From assembly GCA_002780175.1 (NCBI GenBank), contig PEVT01000008.1:1-37081 (forward strand): 37,081 nt of DNA, written 5' to 3'. This DNA is from Candidatus Moranbacteria bacterium CG06_land_8_20_14_3_00_40_12 (GTDB lineage Bacteria; Patescibacteriota; Minisyncoccia; Moranbacterales; UBA2206). Every line of letters starts with the position of its first letter. The stretch's first letter is position 1. This document shows, piece by piece, positions 18,131-27,049 of this stretch. A program made the translations under genes and the position numbers. The notes beneath the pieces were generated by a model, which saw nothing but the letters and a program-made list of their open reading frames with translations, was not told where the DNA came from and did not search any database.

Positions 18131-18159
18131 TTGACTTAGTTTATGATAATTGATAAGAT
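18131..18159 (+). promoter_or_regulatory. rpmH promoter TTGACT-N17-TAAGAT (extended TG)
   Basis: TTGACT 18131-18136, TG 18151-18152, TAAGAT 18154-18159. Confidence 0.65.
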
Positions 18160-18204
18160 TTTAAATAGTTAGTTTAATTGGTAATTTTAAGGAAAACAAA
18201 TCCC

Positions 18205-18342
18205 ATGAGTCAAACCTATAAACCCAAAAAGTTGAAAAGAAAAAGAAAACATGGTTTTAAAAAAAGAAGTCAAACTAAAGACGGTCGCGAAGTAATGAAG
18301 CGCCGAAGAAGAAAGGGTCGGAAAAAAATCACCACGGTATAA
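18205..18342 (+). CDS. rpmH: 50S ribosomal protein L34 (not in the ORF track)
   Basis: Translated by hand: [45 protein letters not shown]. Confidence 0.96.
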   Translation: MSQTYKPKKLKRKRKHGFKKRSQTKDGREVMKRRRRKGRKKITTV

Positions 18343-18364
18343 ATCTGTTTAAAAATGCTTTTCA

Positions 18365-18778
18365 ATGCTCCCTTTTAACAACCGTTTATTTAAAAAAAGA
18401 GATTTCGCCAAAGTTCAGAAGATGGGCCGTTTTTTTAATTCCGACCAGATAAGCTTAAAAGTTTTAAAAAATGGCTTAGATGAAACCAGAATCGGTATTA
18501 TTGTCGGTAAAAAATTTTCCGTGAAAGCAGTAGAGCGAAACAATATGAAAAGAAAATTACGGGAAATTACCCGCCAGGAAATTAAGCAGATAAAAAAAGG
18601 CTGGGACGTGGTTATTATGGTTAAAGAAAGCCAAAATAAGGCAAGAACCAGCGAAACGTTAAAAGTAGCTATAAAAAAAATATTAAAAGAAGCCCAAATA
18701 ATTAATTACCTGTCTTCCGGCCCGCTCCGCCGAATCGAGGCGAGCAGGCAGGGCAAAAAAAAGAATGGTTATTTTTGA
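18365..18778 (+). CDS. rnpA: Ribonuclease P protein component with an extended C-terminus
   Basis: NRLFKKRDF, RIGIIVGKK, KAVERNNMKRKLRE; follows rpmH. Confidence 0.93.
   Translation: MLPFNNRLFKKRDFAKVQKMGRFFNSDQISLKVLKNGLDETRIGIIVGKKFSVKAVERNNMKRKLREITRQEIKQIKKGWDVVIMVKESQNKARTSETLKVAIKKILKEAQIINYLSSGPLRRIEASRQGKKKNGYF
18709..18752. repeat. Nested palindromic insertion at the 3' end of rnpA
   Basis: CCTGTCT...AGGCAGG arms around an inner gctccgcc/ggcgagc stem; a GC-rich patch in AT-rich sequence. Confidence 0.7.
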
Positions 18779-19544
18779 CCAATTTGTCTATATTCCCATC
18801 TATAATTTATTGGTTTTTGTGTATAATCTGCTTCCTTTTAAGGATTTCGGGGTAGCCATTATTGTAGTTACTTTGATAATCAAGTTTTTACTGATTCCTT
18901 TAAGCCGCAAGCAAATCGAATCCCAGAAGAAAATGACCGAATTACAACCTAAAATCAAAGAACTTCAGAAAAAATACAAAGATGACAAAGAAAAACAAAG
19001 TCGGGCGTTGATGGATCTTTATAAAACCCACAAATCCAATCCCTTTTCCGGCTGTTTGCCCATGATTGTCCAGCTGGTCTTTTTAATCGCTATTTATCGA
19101 GTTCTTTTTAATATTTCCCAGGCTAATTTAATGATAAATGGAAACATTCTTTATGATTTTATTAAAAATCCCGATCAAATAAACAAAATGTTTTTAGGTA
19201 TCATAGATCTTTCTACGGCGGTAAACCTGGGACACATCTCTTTTTCCGAAGCGCCAAAGATTATTTTAGTGCTTTTAGCGGCTCTTTCACAGTTTTTTCA
19301 GAGTAAAATGCTTATGGCTAAGCAAAAAACAGCTTCTAATTTTCCCAAGGATGATAAAATGGACTTTTCTCAAATAATGTCCAAACAAATGCTTTTTTTA
19401 GGACCGTTGCTGACTCTTTTTATCGGAGTGAAATTTCCCTCCGGCTTGGCTCTTTATTGGCTTGTTTCAACAATTTTTATGATTATTCAACAACATTTTT
19501 TGAAAAAAGAAAACGAAGCAATCCTTTTGCAAAAAGTTAAATAA
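18765..19544 (+). CDS. yidC: Membrane protein insertase YidC (short form)
   Basis: DFGVAII, LQPKIKELQKKYK, NPFSGCLP..VQ, GLALYW. Confidence 0.95.
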   Translation: MVIFDQFVYIPIYNLLVFVYNLLPFKDFGVAIIVVTLIIKFLLIPLSRKQIESQKKMTELQPKIKELQKKYKDDKEKQSRALMDLYKTHKSNPFSGCLPMIVQLVFLIAIYRVLFNISQANLMINGNILYDFIKNPDQINKMFLGIIDLSTAVNLGHISFSEAPKIILVLLAALSQFFQSKMLMAKQKTASNFPKDDKMDFSQIMSKQMLFLGPLLTLFIGVKFPSGLALYWLVSTIFMIIQQHFLKKENEAILLQKVK

Positions 19545-19559
19545 ACTATATTTTTTAAG

Positions 19560-20036
19560 ATGGAAGAATTAAAAATAGATGAAATTAAAGCGCTAATGAA
19601 GGAAGTTATTGAAAAAATGGGTTTTTCCTGCCAGGAAATAGAAATTAATCAACAAAAAAACCAGGAAGAGGAAATGTTTGTTGTTAATATTAAAACCCCG
19701 GATTCAAGCTTTCTGATTGGCCAATATGGAGCGAATTTACAATCATTGCAGCATCTAATGCGCGTTTTAACGCGGAAAAAGATTCAGGAAAGAATTAAGT
19801 TTATTTTAGACATTAATTCCTATCGAAAGAAAAAAAACGATGCGGTAGTTCGCTTAGCTAAAGAAGCGGCCGAACAAGCCCTAAGGGGAAAAAGAGCTAT
19901 TGTTATGCGTCCCATGTCTCCTTATGAAAGAAGGCTTATTCATATGGAATTTTCGGAAAATGACCAAATAAAAACAGAAAGCATTGGCGAAGGCGAAGAA
20001 AGAAAGGTTGTTATTAAGCCTCTAAATTTATTATAG
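19560..20036 (+). CDS. jag: Jag/KhpB (EloR)-like KH plus R3H RNA-binding protein, lacking Jag_N
   Basis: LIGQYGANLQSLQ, LDINSYR, PMSPYERRLIH, TESIGEGEERKVVI. Confidence 0.9.
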   Translation: MEELKIDEIKALMKEVIEKMGFSCQEIEINQQKNQEEEMFVVNIKTPDSSFLIGQYGANLQSLQHLMRVLTRKKIQERIKFILDINSYRKKKNDAVVRLAKEAAEQALRGKRAIVMRPMSPYERRLIHMEFSENDQIKTESIGEGEERKVVIKPLNLL

Positions 20037-20041
20037 CTCTT

Positions 20042-21490
20042 ATGGCGGAAATTGTCGGGAGAAAAATAGCTTTAAATGTTTTGGTTAATAGTTGCGCCAA
20101 GGTGCTCTCCACTGTCTTAGCGCTGGTTTCCGTGGGTTTTATCACGCGTTATTTGGGTGCGGAAGGTTTTGGCAACTACGCTACTGCCGTGGCTTTTCTT
20201 TCTCTTTTTTCGGCAATGGCCGATCTGGGCCTGTATAATATTGCTACCCGTGAAATCTCCCGTTTTGGAGCCGACGAGAAAAAAATAATGGGTAATGTTC
20301 TTTCTTTGAGAATTATCACTTCAACCACTGTTCTCGCCCTAACTCCGCTGATCATCTTTTTTTTACCTTATTCGCGAGAGATTAAAGAAGGGATTGTTAT
20401 CGTGGCGATGGCTTTTTTGTTTTCCTCCGGTTATCAATCATTAAACGGAATTTTTCAAAAAAATTTGGCGATGTATAAAGTAGCCATCGGAGAATTAACA
20501 GGAAAGGTGGTTCAAGTGGCTACAGTTATCCTGACGACTGTCAATAACTGGGGATTTGATTGGATAATTATGGCCATGTTGTTCAATATGGCGGTGAGCT
20601 TTGGGATTATTTTTTTCTGGTCCCGGAAATACATTAAAATAAAATTGCAATTTGATTTTACTTACTGGAGAGAATTTTTAACAGAGTCTTTGCCGATGGG
20701 AGCGGTAGCCATTATTTCTTTTGTGTATTTTAAGATGGATACTATTCTACTTTCTATCATGAAAAACGGAACAGAGGTGGGTATTTATAACGCAGCTTAT
20801 AAGGTTTTAGAAAATTCTACTTTTTTCCCGGCGCTTATTTGCGGATTAGTGTTGCCCATAATGTCGCGGGATATCTTTACGAATCGGAAAAGCTTTCAAA
20901 TAATTTCCGACCAAACTTTAAAATTTTTTATTCTCTTAATCGTTCCGCTCACAGTGGCGACCTTATTTCTGGCAGAAGGGATTATTGGTTTAATTGGCGG
21001 AGCGGGCTTTGCTGAATCGGCTCATGTGTTGAGAATCTTAATTTTTGCTTTAGCTTTAATATTTTTCGGGCACTTTTTTAATGCGATTTTAATCGTGGCT
21101 AACCTGCAAAAAAAATTAATGCTAGTTTTGTTGGCAGCCGCGGCGGTTAACATCTCTCTCAATTTTATAGCCATCCCCCGTTTCTCATATCTGGGCGCTG
21201 CTTATGTTTCAGTCGTGACAGAATTGTTGGTCGTTTTTTTGACCGCCTATCTGGTTATTGCCAAAGTAAAATATTATCCCCAAGTAGACAAGCTGGCTAA
21301 AATTCTTTTAGCCGGTCTGCTGATGAGCCTCTTCCTCTTTGTTTTTCGGGGAAAAAACTTTTTTATTTTAGCTTCCGCCAGTTTTTTAATATATTTTCTG
21401 GCTCTTTGGCTGTTGCGGGTAATAAAAAATTCGGAAATTATGAGCTTAATCAGCCGGAAAGGAGTGGAAGAATATGAAGAAACACCCTAA
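20042..21490 (+). CDS. Wzx-like polysaccharide flippase (MOP superfamily)
   Basis: Many TM segments; RYLGAEGFG, ADLGL, DTILLS, VGIYNAAY, IPRFSYLGAA. Confidence 0.9.
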   Translation: MAEIVGRKIALNVLVNSCAKVLSTVLALVSVGFITRYLGAEGFGNYATAVAFLSLFSAMADLGLYNIATREISRFGADEKKIMGNVLSLRIITSTTVLALTPLIIFFLPYSREIKEGIVIVAMAFLFSSGYQSLNGIFQKNLAMYKVAIGELTGKVVQVATVILTTVNNWGFDWIIMAMLFNMAVSFGIIFFWSRKYIKIKLQFDFTYWREFLTESLPMGAVAIISFVYFKMDTILLSIMKNGTEVGIYNAAYKVLENSTFFPALICGLVLPIMSRDIFTNRKSFQIISDQTLKFFILLIVPLTVATLFLAEGIIGLIGGAGFAESAHVLRILIFALALIFFGHFFNAILIVANLQKKLMLVLLAAAAVNISLNFIAIPRFSYLGAAYVSVVTELLVVFLTAYLVIAKVKYYPQVDKLAKILLAGLLMSLFLFVFRGKNFFILASASFLIYFLALWLLRVIKNSEIMSLISRKGVEEYEETP

Positions 21491-22337
21491 AGTTTTTATT
21501 ATTATCTTGAATTATAACGGACTGGATGTTCTTAAAAAATGTCTTACCAGCGTCTTTAAAATTGATTATTCAAATTTTGAAATTATTTTGGTGGATAATA
21601 ATTCCTCGGACGGTTCTTTGGAAATGGCTAAAACTAATTTTTCCAAAGCTATTTTTATAAAAAACGAAGAGAACCTGGGATTCGCGGCTGGTAATAATGT
21701 CGGGATTAAATTTGCCCTGGAAAGAGCGGCTGATTTCATTTTGCTTCTTAATAGCGATGTGGAAGTTGAAAAAAACTTTCTTACCCAATTGATGGATAAT
21801 GTGGCGGATAAGGAAGAAATCGGCTTGGCCAGCCCGGTTATTTTTGACGGTCAAACCAGGGAAATCTGGTTTTCCGGAGGACATATAAACTGGTGGAGAT
21901 TAAAAACGGTTCATGAAAAAAACATCCGGACTGAAAAAATTTTTAATTCCGGGTTTATTACCGGCTGCGCGATGCTGGTTCGAGCCGCGGTTTTTCAAAA
22001 AATCGGTCTTTTGGATGAAAGATTCTTTCTCTATTGGGAAGACGCCGATTTTAGTTTAAAATCAAAAAAAGCCGACTTTCAAAATGTAATCGTTTCTTCC
22101 AGTTGGATCTACCACTTTGAAAAAAGCCGGGAAAATCCGGAAAATAAAACTTATTGGCTGGTGGTTTCCGGATTGATTTTTTTCCAAAAAAATGCCGGCT
22201 TTTTCTTCAAGGTCTGGGGATTTTTTTACTTAAAAATGCGAAAAATAAAAAATTGGCTGGATGTTAAAATAAAAAAAGACCAGATTTCCTTAATGGTTCA
22301 AAAAGCTTATCGGGATTTTAAAAATGCCCAATTTTAA
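21474..22337 (+). CDS. Glycosyltransferase family 2 (rhamnosyltransferase-like)
   Basis: IILNYNG, VDNNSSDGS, NLGFAAGNN, LLNSD, GCAML, FFLYWEDAD. Confidence 0.92.
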   Translation: MKKHPKVFIIILNYNGLDVLKKCLTSVFKIDYSNFEIILVDNNSSDGSLEMAKTNFSKAIFIKNEENLGFAAGNNVGIKFALERAADFILLLNSDVEVEKNFLTQLMDNVADKEEIGLASPVIFDGQTREIWFSGGHINWWRLKTVHEKNIRTEKIFNSGFITGCAMLVRAAVFQKIGLLDERFFLYWEDADFSLKSKKADFQNVIVSSSWIYHFEKSRENPENKTYWLVVSGLIFFQKNAGFFFKVWGFFYLKMRKIKNWLDVKIKKDQISLMVQKAYRDFKNAQF

Positions 22338-23091
22338 AAAACTTTCCATAATCATTGTTAATTATCAAAGCGAATTGTATTTGCAAAAATGTCTCGCTTC
22401 TCTTTTTCGGTTTAATCCGGGAATAGATTTTGAAATAGTGGTTGTCAATAATGATGAAAAAGAAAAGTTGGAAAAAACAAAAGAAAAATTTCCTTCCGTA
22501 GTTTTGATTAATTCACCCCAAAATAACGGTTTTGGCGCGGCCTGCAATTTGGGAGTCCGGCACGCGAAGGGAGATTTATTATTTTTTTTGAATCCGGATA
22601 CGGAAGTTTTAAGCGATAATCTTTCGATACTTCTGGATAGATTTGTTGAAAACAAAAAAATTGGCGTTCTTGGGCCAAAATTAGTTACGATGGAAGGAAA
22701 GACACAGCCCTGGTGTGCCGGCAAAGATTTTAGTTTTTGGGAATTGATTAAAAATAACTTTGGGGTAATCGCGAGCAGGAAAATTTGGGAATCAGAAAAC
22801 GAAACTCAGGCAGATTGGGTGAGTGGAGCAGCGCTTTTTGTAAGACAGGAGTTGTTTGATAAAATTGGAGGTTTTGACGAAAAATTTTTTATGTATGGCG
22901 AAGATATAGATTTATGCCGGCGGATAAGAGAAGAAAAATACGAAGTAAGATTTTGTCCCCAAGCGTCTATTTTGCATTTGGGCGGAAAAAGCCAAAGAAA
23001 TTTTTTAGAGCAAAAGCGGCAATATTTTAAATCTTTATGTTATTATCTCAAAAAAACCGTGTTCAGAAAAAAACCATATGGAAATATCTAA
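22324..23091 (+). CDS. Glycosyltransferase family 2 (WbbL-like)
   Basis: SIIIVNY, NNGFGAACN, FLNPD, WVSGAAL, GGFDEKFFMYGEDID, HLGGKS. Confidence 0.92.
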   Translation: MPNFKKLSIIIVNYQSELYLQKCLASLFRFNPGIDFEIVVVNNDEKEKLEKTKEKFPSVVLINSPQNNGFGAACNLGVRHAKGDLLFFLNPDTEVLSDNLSILLDRFVENKKIGVLGPKLVTMEGKTQPWCAGKDFSFWELIKNNFGVIASRKIWESENETQADWVSGAALFVRQELFDKIGGFDEKFFMYGEDIDLCRRIREEKYEVRFCPQASILHLGGKSQRNFLEQKRQYFKSLCYYLKKTVFRKKPYGNI

Positions 23092-24352
23092 ACTCCTGTT
23101 TTTTTTAGCCTTTTACCTGCCTTTTCAAATCGCCCTTAATCCCGGCGAGGGTTTCGACTTGGCCTCTGTCCGGGTAATCATCATTATTTTATTTTTTCTT
23201 TGGGCGGCCAGGGGTCTTAAGGAAAAAAAGCTGATCTTTTCTTATAATAAGCAGACCTTATTGGTTATTTCCTTCCTTTTTTTAAGCCTTTTTTCGACAT
23301 TTTTTGCCAGCAACAGCGAGTGGTCGGCGCGAAAAATACTTTTTTTCTTTTCGGTCTTCCCGCTTTATTTTGTGGCGGCGAACGTTTTAGATAGCCAGGA
23401 TAAAATAATAAAAATAATTAAATATCTGGTGCTGGGCGGAAGTTTGGCGGCCTTTTTGGGGATAATCCAGTTTTTTGCGCAATTTATTTTTGGCCTTAAA
23501 GCGGTCTATGGTTTTTGGGCCGATTATTTGGTGGCGCCGTTTTTAGGGAAAACTTTTTCTCAAGCGGTGCTGCAAAATCCCAGCTGGCTGGTCAATATTT
23601 CCGGCGTTACTTATTTTCGCGCGACCGCCACTTTTCCCGATCCGCACATGTTTTCCTTCTTTCTGGGATTACTTCTCCCCCTAGCCTTGGCGTTGCTGAT
23701 AGTCAGCCCTAAAAAAATTTGGCCAAGTCTGGCTCTTTCGGTTTTACTTTTAGCCGATATCCTGACTTTTTCCCGGGGAGGCTATCTGGGACTGGGCGCG
23801 GCTTTGGTGATAGCGCCGGTTATTTTTTGGAAAAAAATCAGCCGGGATTATAAAAAAATAATTCTGGGCACGGCGGTTTTTTTGTTAATTTTTCTGGCGA
23901 TTCCCAATCCTTTTTCCTCTCGTTTTTTTTCTATTTTTAATTTGAAAGAAGGTTCTAATTCAGGCAGAATAGAAACCTGGAAACAAGCGGTAAAGGTTAT
24001 AGGAGAACATCCGGTTTGGGGGGTGGGCATTGGCAATTATCCTCTGGAAATAAAACCGACGGCGTCCTATCGCGAACCAATTTACGCGCATAATACGTAT
24101 TTGGATATTGCCGCTGATTCAGGTATAGCTAATGCTTTGATTTGGACAGGAATATCAATCATAGCGATAGTTAGTTTTTTTAAAAGATCCAAAGAGCATC
24201 TATTATTTTGGGGAGCGGGCTTAAGTTTAATTATTTTTTCCGTTCATTCTTTGGTGGAAACGGCGATTTTTTCTCCGGTAGTGCTGGCGCTTTTTTTGAT
24301 AATCTTGAGTTTTAATAATTGTCCGCCATCTTTAAATGAAAAAAGAAATTAA
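23078..24352 (+). CDS. O-antigen ligase/Wzy_C family membrane protein
   Basis: Polytopic; RATATFPDP, TFSRGG, SNSGRIETW, GVGIGNY, AHNTYL. Confidence 0.88.
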   Translation: MEISKLLFFLAFYLPFQIALNPGEGFDLASVRVIIIILFFLWAARGLKEKKLIFSYNKQTLLVISFLFLSLFSTFFASNSEWSARKILFFFSVFPLYFVAANVLDSQDKIIKIIKYLVLGGSLAAFLGIIQFFAQFIFGLKAVYGFWADYLVAPFLGKTFSQAVLQNPSWLVNISGVTYFRATATFPDPHMFSFFLGLLLPLALALLIVSPKKIWPSLALSVLLLADILTFSRGGYLGLGAALVIAPVIFWKKISRDYKKIILGTAVFLLIFLAIPNPFSSRFFSIFNLKEGSNSGRIETWKQAVKVIGEHPVWGVGIGNYPLEIKPTASYREPIYAHNTYLDIAADSGIANALIWTGISIIAIVSFFKRSKEHLLFWGAGLSLIIFSVHSLVETAIFSPVVLALFLIILSFNNCPPSLNEKRN

Positions 24353-25532
24353 ATCCATAATTAATCTGGAAAACCTGGTCGGAATTATTTTGGCCCTTTT
24401 GCCCTTGTATTTGATAAAATTTGTTTTTTGGGGGGTGCCTTTGAATTTTTTGGAAATAATGATTATTGGCGCTTTGAGCTGGTGGTTGGCGGAAAAGAGA
24501 TGGCGCCATCCGGACTGGAAAGATTTTTTAAAGAATAATAAGTTTTTTTTTATTTTAATCAGTCTGGTCTTTTTGGGCCTCTTTCTTTCCGTTTTTTTCA
24601 ATGACAATTTAAAAGCGGGATTGGGAATTATCAAAGGCTGGTTTATTTTTCCTCTCGCGTTGGCTCTGATGGCCGTAGATCTTTTTCGGGATAAAAAAAG
24701 CCGAGCCTTGGGTTTTTTTTACGGCAGCGCCGTGGGAGTGGCTTTTTTAGCCTTAGCAGGCTATTTTTTGGGTCAGATGACATACGACGGACGTTTGCGG
24801 GGAATCTTTAATTCTCCCAATTATCTGGCGATGTATCTTTCGCCAGCGATATTAATTGGTTTAACGCTGGCTCAAAATAAAAATGTAAAAATAAAAACTG
24901 AAAATTATAATTTAAGTATAAAAAGTTTTTATGGTTTAAGCTTGGTAATGATGTTAGGGGTTCTTTATTTGACTTATTCTTATGCGGCTTGGATAGCGCT
25001 GGCACTAACTATGGTAATAATTTTTATCTTAAACAAAAAATTTGCGGTGAAACTCGCCTTTTTAGTTTTATTGTTACTAGGCGCTTTATTTTATTTCCAG
25101 GCAGATAAAAGCAAATGGGCGGATTTTGTAAGTTTAAATGAAAGATCTTCCCTGGCTTCCCGCTCAATGATTTGGCAATCAGCCGGAAAGCTTATTCAAG
25201 ATAATCCTTTTTGGGGCGTCGGCTCGGGTAATTTTCAGGAAAAATATCTGGAATATCAAAAATATTTTCCTCCCTATCTGGAGTGGGCCGTCCCGCATCC
25301 GCATAACTTATATCTGGCTTTTTATTTATACGCGGGAATTACGGGTTTGCTGGCCTTCTTGCTGCTGATATTTTTATGGATGAAAAAAATTATTTTACAA
25401 AAAAAAGAGACAATAGCGATAATTGCGCTGGGAATAATAATTTATTTTCTGCTACACGGGTTAGTTGACACGACTTATTTTAAAAATGACCTCGCGGTAA
25501 TATTTTGGTTGGCTTTTTTCTTGCCTCTTTAA
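24336..25532 (+). CDS. O-antigen ligase/Wzy_C family membrane protein
   Basis: Polytopic; RLRGIFNSPNYLA, SRSMIW, GVGSGNF, HPHNLYL, HGLVD. Confidence 0.88.
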   Translation: MKKEIKSIINLENLVGIILALLPLYLIKFVFWGVPLNFLEIMIIGALSWWLAEKRWRHPDWKDFLKNNKFFFILISLVFLGLFLSVFFNDNLKAGLGIIKGWFIFPLALALMAVDLFRDKKSRALGFFYGSAVGVAFLALAGYFLGQMTYDGRLRGIFNSPNYLAMYLSPAILIGLTLAQNKNVKIKTENYNLSIKSFYGLSLVMMLGVLYLTYSYAAWIALALTMVIIFILNKKFAVKLAFLVLLLLGALFYFQADKSKWADFVSLNERSSLASRSMIWQSAGKLIQDNPFWGVGSGNFQEKYLEYQKYFPPYLEWAVPHPHNLYLAFYLYAGITGLLAFLLLIFLWMKKIILQKKETIAIIALGIIIYFLLHGLVDTTYFKNDLAVIFWLAFFLPL

Positions 25533-25540
25533 ATTTATCC

Positions 25541-25897
25541 CAACTTTTCTTTGCCGAAAGAAAAGTTGCAAAAGAACTCTCAGCCCGACTTCAGACTTAG
25601 ACGAATTCCAGCCTTATTCGCTAAAGCTCCTGATTTTTGCTCCGCAAAAAAGACTGCGGAGCTTTTTTACGCTCATTTCGGCTGAATTCGTTCCTAAGTC
25701 TTACGTTAAGGCTGAAATTATTTTAAACTTTTCCGCCTTAGCGGAGTAAAGCGCTATAAATTCGAGATGAAGCGAACGTAAAAACTTCTCTTTTAAGCGT
25801 TAGCAGCTTGAGAAGTTTTAGTGAGCGAGTCCGAATTTATCGCTTTACGAGCTGGGCGGGCTTTTCTTGGGCTACTTTCTTTTTAAAAAGAAAGTAG
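25541..25897. other. Highly structured intergenic element (MITE-like or ncRNA) between convergent operons
   Basis: Related terminal hairpins at 25541-25568 and 25872-25897, plus two long nested stems at 25580-25715 and 25746-25848. Confidence 0.7.
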
Positions 25898-25904
25898 AAA
25901 AAAA

Positions 25905-27044
25905 CTAAAGACTTATTTGATAAAGCTTTCCGTCAGTCCGGTTGGTAAAGAAAAGCAGGCTTTCATCAGGGCTTAAAAAGAGATTGGTCGCGTCGGCTTC
26001 AACGGTGATTTTTTTTAAATCAATCAAGCGGTTTTTTTCTCCGGTTAAAACATTGACTTTCCAGAAAGTGTCAGTCGTGTTGAATTGGCGGGAAAGATAA
26101 TCATTGGGTAAAATCGCGTTTTCCGGAATAGAGGCGGGCAGGGCGTAATAAACCGTCCGATTGTCCTTCGACCAGGCGCATTTGACGGTTAAGGTGGGAA
26201 TTTCCAGATTTTTGTATTCTCCTCCTTTGTCGTTCATAACAGCCAGCTGCATTTTTCCCCCGGTTCTTTCCACGGAATGGCTGGCGAGGATTAATCTGCC
26301 GTCCGGACTCCACAGAAAATCGGCGCCGAATTTTCCCTGAAAAATAGTTTTATTTTCTCCGGAAATAAGTGAAGCGGATTTAAGAGTGGATTCGTTGTAA
26401 GCGTCCGGATTGTTCCAAAAAGCAATCAGCCCGCTTTGCGGAATGCCGGCGGAAAAAACGGGAGTGAAATTCAAATCGGCGATTTTTTTCCAGTTGTTTC
26501 CGTCCGGATCGGAAAGATTAAGCGTGCGTTCTTTTTTAGCGGGGTCGAAATATTGGTACAGGATTTTATTGCTGTTTTGCCAAAAAATATCATCTATATT
26601 ATCGCCTAGAGCTGTTTCTTTCTGGGTAGAAAAATTAAAAAAAACAAAATTCCAGGTAGCCGGAGTCGGCTGTATCCTAAAAATAGCTTGATTTTTAGCG
26701 GGCGACCAAAGGATATCCGTCAGGCCCGGCAATTCTTTTTTAAGAATAAGATTTCTGACCTTGCCATCGAAAGAAATTTCATAAAATCCCTGATCTTTGG
26801 GTGAATAATATTTTAGAGCCGAACCGTCTTCGTTTAAAACAGGGGCGAAAACCGGCTCATCGGTTAAAAGAATCATTTTTTCCGAAGAAGAAAGCTTTTT
26901 TTCCGGAGATGATTTTGAATCTGAAGATGACGCGGGTGAATTTTTCGAAGCCGGCTTGAAAATAAGAATATAAATTCCTCCCAAAAATAAAAGCAGAGCC
27001 AGGCCCAGAGAAGAAAAAATAAATATTTTTTTCAGAGTAGACAT
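25905..27044 (-). CDS. Membrane-anchored TolB-like beta-propeller protein
   Basis: N-terminal TM, Ser-rich linker, repeated WSP/WSPDG/WSKD/LSPDE blades. Start placed at ATG 27044 (MSTLKK). Confidence 0.75.
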   Translation of the reverse strand: MSTLKKIFIFSSLGLALLLFLGGIYILIFKPASKNSPASSSDSKSSPEKKLSSSEKMILLTDEPVFAPVLNEDGSALKYYSPKDQGFYEISFDGKVRNLILKKELPGLTDILWSPAKNQAIFRIQPTPATWNFVFFNFSTQKETALGDNIDDIFWQNSNKILYQYFDPAKKERTLNLSDPDGNNWKKIADLNFTPVFSAGIPQSGLIAFWNNPDAYNESTLKSASLISGENKTIFQGKFGADFLWSPDGRLILASHSVERTGGKMQLAVMNDKGGEYKNLEIPTLTVKCAWSKDNRTVYYALPASIPENAILPNDYLSRQFNTTDTFWKVNVLTGEKNRLIDLKKITVEADATNLFLSPDESLLFFTNRTDGKLYQISL

Positions 27045-27049
27045 ATAAA

